Part shown: positions 42,421 through 53,718 of the stretch, piece after piece
Position numbering within the stretch: the first letter of the stretch is position 1
Layout: every line of letters begins with the position of its first letter
DNA from: Mantamonas sphyraenae STR306
Taxonomy: Eukaryota; Protista; CRuMs
Direction of reading: 5' to 3'
DNA length: 64,000 nucleotides
Assembly (NCBI GenBank): GCA_026936335.1
Contig: JAPMXV010000015.1
Coordinates: 62,001-126,000, forward strand
The notes under the pieces: model-generated
Databases searched by the model: none
Seen by the model: only the letters and a program-made list of their open reading frames with translations
What the model was told of the DNA's origin: nothing
Program-made: the position numbers and the translations under genes

Positions 42421-43842
42421 ATCGAATGCAACAGGCCGCACATACCCATGTGTGTTCACGCCTGTGTCAGTTCTCCTCCACCTCCCGCTGGCGAAACCCC
42501 TTCCCCACCTTGTCCCACATTCTCCCGGCCAAAAACATACCGTGACTCCATCTCCAGCTTCAGCTGGCGCATCTTGTCACTCAGCACCTGATTCTGCTCG
42601 TCGTGAAATCCTTTGGTGGCCTTGAGCTCCTTGTGCAGCTTGGCTACAAGCTGTTCGGCCCCTTTGCGGCTGGTGGTCTCCTGCTCCAAACGCTTGTGCA
42701 GCGATTCCATGTCCCGTTCTGCCAGCTGCAGGGCATCTGCAAGCTCCCGCTTCTCGATTTCCACCTTGGTGGCCTTGGTGCGCAGCTTCCGCTGTGCCAC
42801 ATGGGTCGTGCGTGGCGTCAGTTTCTCCCGCCCAAATGACATGCCGTTACGCGCCTGGCGCGTCCCTCTCACCTATTCCGCCATCCCTCTCCCAGTCTGT
42901 CCTTACCTTTGTGTCTTCCGCCCCAGCCAGCTTGTTCTTGAGCTCCTCTACCTCCTCCTGCAGGATGGCGTTGCTCTGCTGCATCTTGGTCAGTGACGAG
43001 TTGCTAAACGATTGCTGCTCCAGTACAAGATGCTTGTCTTTCTTCAGCTTCTTGACCAGCTCGCCCAGCTGCTGCGAGGCCTCGTATGCCTCTTTGTACT
43101 TTGCGTTGAGCATATCTCGCTCCTGCTTGACACTGGCCAGTTCCTTCTGTGCTGTGTTGCGTGCTCGTTTCGCCTCTTTGTGCTTTTGGCTGAGGGTTTC
43201 GTTGCGCCGCCTCAGTTCGCCCACCTCCACCCACACGTTGCCTTCCTCGCTGCCATCCATCATGGCTGCGTCGCGTGGGTCCACCACCGCTGTGCTTCCG
43301 CTCGAGCTCGTGCCCGTGTGGCCCGACATGCCCGATTTGCTGCCTCGTTTGCTCGACATGCTGCTGCTGCCGTACCGCGCCAAGATGCTGCTGCTGCTGT
43401 TCTTGCTCAATCCAATGCCGCTGCCGCTCGTGCTGCTGCTGACCCGTTTCTTCTTGAGTTTGCGCTTGCCCTTCTTGACTGTACGCTTTGTCTGCTTGCT
43501 GCTGCTGCTCTTGCTTGGCCTGCTGACTCCGACTCCGCTGCTTCGTCGTTCGCTTTCGCTTGTGCTGGAGTTGTCGCTGCTCGACTCGTCGCTGCTCTCG
43601 TTTGCGTCCTCGCTGCTCTCGCTGCCGCTGTCTGCTGATGTGTGTGCGGCTGCTGCTTCTTCCTCTTCGGCTGCTCGTCGGCGCTCTTGTTCCTGCTGCT
43701 CCTGAGTCGTTTCGTACACGGAACGCAGATTCAAAGACTGGTTGCTGCTCGTGCGTCGTTGCAGCGCTGCTGTTGTCGATTGGGAGCGTCCTCGGCCCGA
43801 AAGTTGCAGATTCTTGTTGGTACGCTTCGACAGATTGTCCAT
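35424..43842 (-). CDS. Giant coiled-coil protein (~2716 aa), possibly cytoskeletal or centrosomal; exons 43842-42907, 42791-42541, 42387-35424
   Basis: Continuous E/Q/R/L-rich heptad pattern; canonical GT-AG introns give 8151 nt in frame. Confidence 0.85.
42389..42419 (+). repeat. (TG)n microsatellite forming the CA-rich 3' end of a minus-strand intron
   Basis: Seen directly next to the acceptor site. Confidence 0.9.
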
Positions 43843-44084
43843 TCGGTGTGCGTCACCAACACTTGCTCGAAATGTGCGCCGTGGGTGGTTGTTGTTGCGC
43901 TCCCAGCGCGGCAGCGTCGCTCCTGCCTGCTCAACCATCCCACCCGCCCACCCGCCCCTACTCTTGTTCCATGCACCCATAGTGTCCTGGCTTTGGCTGT
44001 GACCCTGTTTCCTCGTCCACGCCCCCCTCGTGTCAGCAGCGCTGCCGTGCTCAAAACAACACAAGCGCGGAGACCCCCCACCCC

Positions 44085-45774
44085 ATGGACGCCACGCGCC
44101 CAGCTCCGACGGTGTCCTTCGAGGACATTGACGAGCAGAAGAAGCAAGCGATCATTGCCAGTCGCACGGGCCTGTACCGTCGGTCGGGGTCGCCTGTGTC
44201 GAACAAGCACGTCGACGAGCGTCAGCGGTTGTGTGGGTCCAGGCCTGCTCGTACGCAGCAGTGTGCCCACAGCCGAGCAGGAGAGCGCTTCCACACTCCT
44301 ACCCAAGTTTTCTGTACAGGTGGTAGGCGATGGATGGCTCCAGGACTACCATGGCAACGGCGGCGGCCTGCTCATCATTGTGGCGAGCCTGACGACCACC
44401 CAGGGCGGCCATGTCGAGTTTTGCATCCGCAAACGAGACGACTACTTTGCCTCTCATGACCAGGCCTGCCCTTTGGAGGACGACTTTCCCTTGCTCGACT
44501 ACAACACACGCCGAAAGGTCAAGGGCCGCTACCACCTCACACACCTCTACAGCCGCAAGGTCGACCTCGAACACACAGCCCATTTTGCACACATCCTCCC
44601 CTACGTCCTCGGCTCAGACCTCGGCGACAAGAACACTCGCTTCTGTGTCGCCTTCTCCTTGTACATTCAAGTAAGTCCAGGTAGCCCACGTGTGCAATGC
44701 CCAAAAACTCGCGGCAAACGCCGTACACAGCCCTGCACGAGTGGCACCACATGCTCTTTGCTTTCCATGCGCATGTTCTCTGTGTTTCTTTCTCTCTCTC
44801 CCTCCCATTCCCAGCCGTGCTGTGCCACACGAGTCCTTGCGCTGCAGGACGCCACAAAGACAAAATGCCTGCTTGCCCCAAGCGTTTGGTCCGTTGGCTG
44901 ACGTCCCGTTTGTTCCGGCGCCGTGCGCAAACGCGTCCCGAATTGCCCGCACAGAACGAATTTGGCGAGTTTGAACTGCTGAGCGAACAGCGCACAAACT
45001 CGTTCACCGTGTGCTCCAAGCGTAACACGAGGCGCAAGGCCAAACGAAAGAAGAAGAGCACCCCCGACTGCGATCCGCAACTCGGCAGCGCCAGCGAATA
45101 CCTCACCGCCGTGGAAGAGAATCCCAGCAAACGAGTGATGAGCAGTGGCAGCAGCACAGTGTCCAATGCCTCGTCCACCTCCTCCGTAGGCAGCAGCAGC
45201 AGCGCCGTTTTCACAGCCCCAACCTCCACCGCAACCTACCTCTTTGGAGGCAGCACAGACGCATATCTCGACCGCTCCAACGGCGCCGGTCCATGGTCGT
45301 CTCGCTCCAGCGTGAGCAGCAGACACAGCCACGTATCCGACCTGGAAAGCGTCGCTTCCGTGGACGGCCTGGATCTCGAACTCGCCGACATGCACATCTG
45401 GTCTGCAAACAGTCCCGCGGGGAATGCATCCAGCAAGGCTGGCCACAGGCCACGCGCAGGCTCAGGCACAGGTTCGTACAATGGCGCTCCCACACGCTAC
45501 TCGGAAGCCGAATCGTACAAACTCAACTTGCCCGAGGAGGTGCTGCTGTCCGACAGCACCTACAGCGAATCCAACAGCGTCGCTTCCTCGGTCATTTCCG
45601 ATGCAGACCTCTTTGCACGTGACGACTATGATCTCAGCACAGGCTCCAGTGCCCTTGATCTGACCCCTGCACGAGTGTCCTCCTCCTCCTCAAGCAGCAC
45701 CTCCTCCTCCTCATCGTCGTCTGCATCATCATCGTCCTCCGCGGCGGCCAATGTGGCAGGGCCCTCCTACGGCC

Positions 45775-45823
<49 letters not shown>

Positions 45824-47144
45824 GGCAGGGGGACGCTTGGGCAGGCGCACTGCGTCCGTCTCTTCGACCTCGTCAGCCTCTTCCTCGTCGGCTGCTGCCG
45901 CTGCCTCCACCAAACGTGGCGTTTCCTTTGATCTCTCCTCCCTCACATCGCTGTCAACTGAAGCCGCAGTGGCGTCTGAACACACGGACGAGGAAATGGG
46001 CGTGTTCCACTTGGGCGGCGGCGCAAACGCGTCGTCCTCGGCGGCACGCTCGTCCACAAGCTCGGCCACCGCAGTGCTGCGCCTGCCCATGTTTGACGCA
46101 TCACTGGAATCGTCGCTGTTGCTGTACCGCAGCGCACTGCTGGGTCTGGACAGCACCTTCAACGACAAGAAGCTGCTTCGCCAGTTTGCCAGCGAGATGT
46201 ACACAGAATGGGTTGCTGGCACGCCTGGCCTGCAACGCGCCATCCACAACAACACCCCGTACCAACTTGATCGTGGCCTGGGCATGGACACAGGCGGCAG
46301 TGTGAGCAAGCAGGCACGCATCGACAGGCGCATCCGCGCAACCTTCCTCTCCGCCGTGATGGGATTTCTTCGCGCCCTGTGGGCCACTCTTGACGAGTTG
46401 CTGGTGGTGCACAAAAAGCAGGCGGCTCCCCTCGCCGGTGCCATGGCCTCGTCGCTGGGGCCTGCTGCAAGTGGAAGCTCGGGTGACATGTTTCTGGAGG
46501 AGGCCAGCGAGGATGTCTGCGACAACGAGGACGAGTATGACTCGCGCACCATCAGTTCAGTGGGAGGCCTCACCACAAACACAGATCTCATGGACTACGA
46601 CGACGTGGACCCGCTGCAACACCTGCAACCGCTGTCCCTGCGCTTGCTCATTCGCATCGCCTTCTTCTCCTCCGAATTCCTCCACCTGTGCGACCTCGAC
46701 AGCGTGTTTGGACCCGGCTGGAACTTTGGAGCAGATGTGCACACCTACCCCGTCGTCATGACGCTCATTGTGTCTCTTCAGCCCGAACTGTATACTCTGG
46801 TGCCATCCTCGGCCCTCTTGTCCACCAGCACCTGGAATGTCGTCGCACTCGACCAGATGCTCAAGCAAAACGAGGAATTGTTCTCCCAGGAGCAGTTGGA
46901 GCACATGGAACGCATCCATGGCCGTCTCCTCACCCTGCGCCACGGTGAAGAGTTCTGGCTCTGGCTGGACGAGCAAAATGGACGCTTCTTCGCGCACCCT
47001 CATCGCAATCTGCCACCGCTCACCCTCTTGTCTGCCAGTTGGTTGCCACCTGCATCTGTGTTTGTTCTTGTTTGTGGGTTGCGAGTTGCATTGTGTCGAT
47101 CGTTCCGACCTGCCTGCCGCAGCGCCACAGCAGCCACCCGAAAG
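44085..47144 (+). CDS. Uncharacterised protein, possible transcription factor (beta-rich N-terminal domain, basic NLS, Ser-rich region, helical C-terminal domain); 3' end unresolved
   Basis: LLPKFSVQVV...FCVAFSLYIQ|NEF...SFTVCSKRNTRRKAKRKKK with intron 44671-44954. Needs a frame change near 44220-44240 and has no in-frame stop before the next gene. Confidence 0.55.
45777..45821 (+). repeat. (GGGACA)n hexanucleotide repeat encoding an Arg-Asp dipeptide run
   Basis: About 7 direct copies of AGGGAC. Confidence 0.9.
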
Positions 47145-50120
47145 ATGAGTGTGATTGCATCCGCAGAAGCTGCCTTCAACGCAGAGCAGACCTCGTTGGT
47201 TGCAGACAGCTATGCCAACTTCTGGCAGGCCATGCGCAACAAGGACGCTGCCACAGAGTACCTCGCTGCCCTGCTGCTCAAGCTCAACGCTCTCAACGCC
47301 GGGTAAGCAAGCAAGCCCTCCCGTTTTGGCCACCCGCCACCCACGCCCCTGCCATTGCCCTTTCCATCCCTCCTCTCCGTTTCCATCTCCACCCACGTTC
47401 CAGTCCTGGCTCGCCCCCTGGTCTGCAGTGCCTCGTGGGCCCTCACCGCCAGAGCTCCCTCGCCACTTTCCTCTTTTGTTTTGCGCTCAATCCCTGACCC
47501 CTCGCACCCGCGCAGTGACACCACCAGCCTTGCAGACATCATGAACGCCGCCAAGAGCGGCAACATCTCTTCCTCCTCCAAGGGCAAGGGCAAAGAGATT
47601 TCTGACGATCAAGATATCCTTCCATTCGCCCCTGTCTGCAATAGCCAGCCCAAAGCCTGCTCCGCGTTTTTTTGCCCGGCGCCACGCCGCCCATCCCCCT
47701 CTTCTCTCCCACGCTTCCCCGCTCGCCTGCATGCTCTCCTGCACGTAATCCGCCTTCCCATGCCTGCAACTGTGCACGTGCCACTCGCACGTCTCCGTTG
47801 CATCCTACATACCCGTTCCCTTGATGGTCCTCTGGGCCCGCTCAGCTCCCATTTTTCAGGTTGTTGGCCTTGACGAAAAGCTCTTTTCCCTCTCTCGCCT
47901 CTCCCGCGCCTCCCCTGCCCCTTCCCCGACCCCTCACTGCGTCTGCAGCGTGCCATTGTCACCACCGTCTTCTTCCTCGTCCTCTTCTACGACGTCAACA
48001 TCGAGGACGACCTCGTCAAGGCCATTGCTGAGCGCTGGAACCAAACGGTTGGCAAGAGCGTCGTCAACATCACCTTTATCGAGGAGATGCTGCGTGTGCT
48101 TGCCCCTGGCTACCTCTCCTCCAAGGAGGCTGTCCTCTCCTTCATGGAGCAGCTGAGCAACATCAACCATCACGTCGGCATCTACGAGGCCCTCCCGGAA
48201 ATGAGCGAGCCCACCGATTCCCGCGTCGCCTCCGCCGCCCTCATCTTCCTCTACATCCAGCGCCAGCTTCGCAGCGGCAAGCGCATCAACGAGTTTGTGC
48301 AGACCGGCCTGGCCCTCCTGCAAAACTCCTCCATGGCCAAGGGCCGTGCCGTGGCCCTCCTTCACTTTCTGCAGGAGATTGTGTGCCAGTACCCTTTCCT
48401 GGGCCAGTCTCTGCTCCAGGACGCCCTCAGCGCTGTGCGTCCCCTCTACCTGTGGCCCCTTCCCTACGGCCAGATGGCACGCGACACCCTTGAGCTCATC
48501 GACGACGAGCTGTCCGCCCCGGCCTTTGCCCTCATGAAGAACTTCAACACGCAGTACCCGGAGTTCCTCACCGGTGAGGAGTTTGACGAGACCAACCGCA
48601 CCATCTACATCCTGCTGGACAAGAGTTCCGAGCTGGGCAAAACCTTTGAGGATGTCATCACCACCAGTGCCCAGCAGAGCGCCCTCGACCCGGCCCTCGT
48701 CAAGGCCCACGTCCTGGCTGCCACCCTCAAGGCGAACCTGTATGACCCCAAGGCCGAAGGTGCCGAGGAGCCGCAGTACGCCACCGAGCTGCTCGACGCA
48801 GAGGCCCTGCACGGCTTCTACACGCGCACCTACGAAGTGCTTGCCGCCGTCGTGGACATGAAGTGGGAGGATGCCGAAGCCGCACGCAAGAAGGAGCTGC
48901 AAACCATTGCCGACGAGCTGCTGGCTGCCACGGGTGCCCTCAAGGGCGACGACTACGTGGCCGCCTTCACCGACGCCGTGCCCGCCATGCCCAACTACAC
49001 CTACGTGTTCCAGGAGGTGCAGGGTGAGCGTCTCAAGGACTGCGGCGAGCTGGGCAGCAACAAGCTGCCGCGCACGTCCGCCTACGACGAGCTGGAGGCC
49101 CTGCTGGCCAAGTTCCCGGCACCCGAAGACGAAACAGCCGAACCCAAGCTGGTGCGCGTGGGCATTGCCGGCAGCGACCAAAGCCTGCTCAACGTCGTGT
49201 GCGGCTACACCACACAGATGCAGATGAACAAGGCTGCGTTCAAGCACCTGCAGGTGCAGTTCTATCTGCTGCCCCTGGGTGATGAGGGCGACAACAAGTT
49301 TGCCGACTTTCTCGGCGTGTACGACGGCTGGTACGGACGCCACGTCAACGCCTCCCTGCTGGGCATCACCAACATTGTGCCTTCCCTCTACAACGCCAAG
49401 GACAAGCTGGGCTCCTCATCCTCGCGCTCCGGGGGCGCTGGGACAGCAGACGCCATCGACCTGGAGAGCCTGAACATCAGCGACGCAGGCCTGAACATGC
49501 AGCCCACCCCTGCCAACACAGTCATGATGCATGTGGACAACTACTTCCGCAACGCACGTAACGTCCTGCCGCTCACCGTGAACCAGTGCGAGTGCTACGA
49601 GAGCCAGAGCGACTCGACCCCCGTCAAGACATACCTGTTTGTGCACAGCGTGGAGGTGGGCCAAAAGGTGCACGACGCCGGCCAGAGCAAGTTTGAAAAG
49701 AAGAAGGTCAAGTTTGACCCGCCTGCGATGACGCTCAAGTTCACCAACATGAACGTGTTGGGCCGTGCTCGTCAGGCCCCGCTCATCGAGGGACGCACCT
49801 TTGAGAGCATCACCGTGTCCAACACACCCTCCATGGACTTTGAGGGCACCGTGCCCAACCCCAGCGAACCCTGGCTGGAGCTCTTCACCCGTGAGTGGGA
49901 CAAGAAGAAGAAGAAGACGGCCGCGCAGCTGGAGAGCACCTTCCACGTCGGTGTGCTGGAAGTCAAGTGCGACGACAAGAAGGCCGACTTTGACATCATG
50001 CTCGACGGCGAGTTGCTCGGCCCGTACGCCAAGATCAAGCTCACCTCCGTCAAGGACATCGAAGACGACCAGCTCAACCTGCAGATGAACGTGGTCACCT
50101 CCACTGCCTTGGACATGTGA
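47145..50120 (+). CDS. PI3K class IB regulatory subunit (p101/p84; PIK3R5/6)-like protein; exons 47145-47302, 47516-47613, 47938-50120
   Basis: LYLWPLPYGQMARDTLELIDDELSAPA, VRVGIAGSD, QVQFYLLP, LGVYDGWYGRHV and YFRNARNVLPLTVNQCE parallel p101 motifs recalled as WPVPY...FIDAELKAPG, RVVVFGSD, LQFFYVP, LGMLDPWYERNV and YCRFAARPVLLQVYQTE. Confidence 0.72.
47614..47937 (+). other. Probable U12-type AT-AC intron (324 nt)
   Basis: 5' end ATATCCTT matches the U12 donor consensus; 3' end is CAC. Removal restores the frame (ISDDQ-V-RLQRAIVTTVFF). Confidence 0.7.
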
Positions 50121-50149
50121 GCAGCATCGTGAGACAGGTTTCCACCACC

Positions 50150-50151
50150 AA

Positions 50152-50186
<35 letters not shown>
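50150..50186 (+). repeat. (CAG)n repeat between convergent genes
   Basis: Seen directly. Confidence 0.85.
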
Positions 50187-50262
50187 CCGCCACCAACACA
50201 TCCTCCAAAATGAAGGCCAGTCGTTCGATCGCAGTTTTCTTTTGCATTTTCTCTGCTCTTCC

Positions 50263-52151
50263 TCACAGGTACAGACCCTCGGGCACACCCTCCTTCTTTT
50301 TGTAGAGCACATTCTCCTTGGCCTTCAGAAAGTCGTCCTGACTGACCTGAGTGCGGCGCTCGCGCAGGGCAAGGAGACCGGCCTCGGTACAGATTGCCTT
50401 GATATCGGCGCCGGACAGCTCCTCCTTGGACATGACAAACTCCTCGACATTGACGTCTTCGGCGAGGTTCATCTTGCCGCAGTGGATTCCAAAGATGTGG
50501 CGCTTTGTCTTTTGGTCGGGCATGGGGAACTCGATCTTGCGGTCGATACGGCCGGGGCGAATGAGAGCCGGATCCAGGCTTTCGATGCGATTGGTGGCCA
50601 TGATGACCTTGACATCACCTCGCGAGTCGAAACCGTCCAGGGCGTTGAGGAGCTCGAGCATGGTGCGCTGGATCTCGCGTTCGCCGCCGCTCGTGCTATC
50701 GTATCGCTTGGTGCCCACGGCATCGATTTCGTCGATAAAGACAATGGACGGGGCCATGTCCTCGGCCACGCGGAAGAGCTCGCGCACGAGCTTGGGGCCG
50801 TCGCCGAGGTATTTCTGGATGAGCTCGGAGCCGACCATGCGCAGAAACGTGGCGGAGGTTTGATTGGCCACAGCCTTGGCCAGCAAGGTCTTGCCCGTAC
50901 CTGGTGGACCGTACAGGATGACGCCCTTGGGTGGCTTGATGCCCATCTCTTCGTACAACTCGGGATGGGTCAGAGGCAGCTCGACGGCTTCCTTGATCTC
51001 CTGGATCTGAGTTTCCAGGCCGCCGATGTCTGCGTATGACTCTGTGGGTGCCTTGTCAACCTTCATGACGTTGACAGAGGGATCGACGTCGTCGTCGAGG
51101 ATGCCCACGACGCTCATGACCTTGCTGTGTGTGAGCACCGTGCACCCTGGCTCCAGTTGGTCCTTGTCCACAAACGAGGCAATGTTGACGTAGTACTCGG
51201 GTCCCATGGACGTGGAAATGATGCAATGGTTGTCATCCACCATTTCCTCGAGAGTGGCCACGCCCATGGGCGAGCCACGCAGCTCCTCGACTTGCTGGCG
51301 CTCCTCCTGCGATCAGACGAGCCACAGTCGTTCGTGCATGGCACATGGGATGGTGGGACATGCGTGAGAAACAACGCGCACGAGAGTGTGAGCATCAAGG
51401 GTGAGGTTGGGTTTGGGGGTCTCGCATGGTGTCGCAAGAGCTGCTGTTCACAACAACCACCCTGCCGCAATTCCCCTCCAAAAAGGAACGCACCTCGGTC
51501 TTCTTCTCCGCAGGCTGCTGCTGTTCCTGGTTGATGAGAAACTCCTCTTCCATGAGCAAGTAGTCCTTGATTCGTTCGAGTTTCAGCAGACGCAGCCTAC
51601 ACTTGGCGGTGGGCATGACTGGAAGGCGGACGCGGTGTCAGCGGTGAGATGGATGGTGAGCGCGCGCGGAAACGCTCTTCCCGACCGATTCCGCCTGGAC
51701 GTCGCTTGGATGCAGGCGCACTGCGACACTGGATTCCATACACAAGAGGCACGTGGCAACACATTGGCCATGATGGCGACGGCAGTGGGGGGGGGGGTTG
51801 CACTTACCCTGCGGCAGCTTGTTGGCAGACTGCGGCCCCTTCTTGCGGCGTTTGCCGAGGCGAGGCGGAGGCGCAGACGGCTTCTTCTTCTTCTTCTTGT
51901 CATCCTGTGCACAGAAAGAAGAAAGGTGGGGTGACGGGAGGAACGGGGAGCAAGGACATCGTACGATACATCCAGTGGGTCGCAGGCCAAAAAGGCGGAT
52001 GATCGGGGTGCAAGAGGCGGAAACGGAGTCAGCAGGCAGATGGAAAAGTGGATGCGGGAGATGGTCATCAAGGGAATAAGCAACGCACATTGTTGTTGCC
52101 TTGGCCATTGTTCTTGCCTCCCTGGGGCGGACCAAACTGCTGGTTTCCCAT
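50263..52151 (-). CDS. PSMC1: 26S proteasome AAA-ATPase RPT2 (S4), 4 exons
   Basis: MG N-terminus, [56 protein letters not shown] and C-terminal PEGLYL. Confidence 0.98.
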
Positions 52152-52248
52152 GATGTGCGAGTGGGTGGTTGGCTGGCAGCGTCGGGGCAGGCTGGCTCTG
52201 CTTCCCTCCTGCATGATGGAGCTCCACGGGAGCCAAGCCAAAGCACAC

Positions 52249-53640
52249 ATGACGAGTCGATTCGGAGGTGGAAGCAGCCGGCGGGGATCGAGCCGAGGGC
52301 GCAGCAGCAGTCGAGGACGCAGCAGTCGGACAAACTACAACTCCAACAAGGACTTGGAGGTTGTGGATCCGCCCGAGGACACGGTGCAGTCGTTGGCATG
52401 GTCGCCCAACAAGGACAACATGCTACTGGCTGGCTCGTGGGACAACAAAACCTACTGCTACGAGGTGCTGGACAACGGGGACACCAACGGAGTGGCCATC
52501 TGCGAGGAGTCGGAAGCGCCGGTGCTCGCGGTGGACTGGAATGGCGACGGAACACACGCTTTCATTGCCGGATGCGACAACCTCATCCGCATGTGGGACG
52601 TTGAACGCAACAAGGTGGAAATTGTGGGCGAGGTAAGTGTGCGGGTGGAGAGGAGGCGAGTGCGGTGGTGAGCAGGGTTGCGAAGGAGAGAAGCGCGCGG
52701 AAAGCACATGTGTGTGTGTGTGGCAGGTGGTGGCACGGCTGGAACCCAGGGACAATGCTCACACGCGCGGCAATGGACATTGACACGGGGCGTGGATGGA
52801 CTTGCAACTGTGATCGACAGCACGAGGGACCCGTGTCGTGCCTCAAGTGGCTGGATGAGGACGGGATTCTGGCGACAGGCAGCTGGGACGGCTTCCTCTG
52901 CTACTGGGATTTGAAGGACACGAAGAAGCCCGTGATGGAGTATGACACAAAGGAACGCATCTACGACCTGGACTTTAAGGCAGGCGCAGGAGCCGTGTGC
53001 ACATCGAACCGCCTGGTCATGTGCTTCGACCTGAAGGAGCCTGACAATCCCTTTGCGGTGAGTTGATCATCACCCGAGACCACCGCGTCGCCCGAAACAC
53101 CAACACACACCCCGACACACACTCACACACACACATATATGCTAATACGCTATGCCCTGGGTGCCCTCGCAGACAAAGGAGATCAACGTGAAACACCAGG
53201 TGACGCAGGTGTCGTGCTTCCCGAACGGCGAAGGGTTTGCCGTGGGCACGATTGAAGGGCGTGTGGCTGTGCAGTACTACGACCCTCCGGCGCAGGACGA
53301 CGGACGGGAATTCATTTTCAAGTGCCACCGGGTGGTGGACAAAGCCAAACAGACACACGTGCACGCTGTGAACGTGGTGACGTACCACGAGTTTGGAAGC
53401 GTTGCCACGGGGGGCTCGGACGGCACCTTTCACTTTTGGGACACAGTGGCCAAGCAACGCCTGAAGCAGTTTGACGAAGTGCAGTATCCAGTCACGGCGG
53501 GGGCGTTCAACAACGATGGCACTCTGTTTGCATACGCCCTCGGGTACGACTGGAGCAAGGGCAGCGAAGGCCTCAAGGAGAGCGATCCCATCGCCATCCT
53601 TGTCCACGAGTGTCTCGAGGAAGAGGTGACACTCAAGTGA
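52249..53640 (+). CDS. RAE1: mRNA export factor RAE1/GLE2 (WD40); introns 52633-52820 and 53058-53172
   Basis: DLEVVDPPEDTVQSLAWSP, AGSWDN, GFAVGTIEGRVAVQY, FKCHR, TGGSDGTFHFWD and FAYALGYDWSKG. Confidence 0.92.
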
Positions 53641-53718
53641 GAGGGTGAGGAGGAGGATGAGCGAGAGAGAGGAGACGCAAAGGAAACAGCGGCGAAGGAA
53701 TCGCCAATCCAATTCTCC

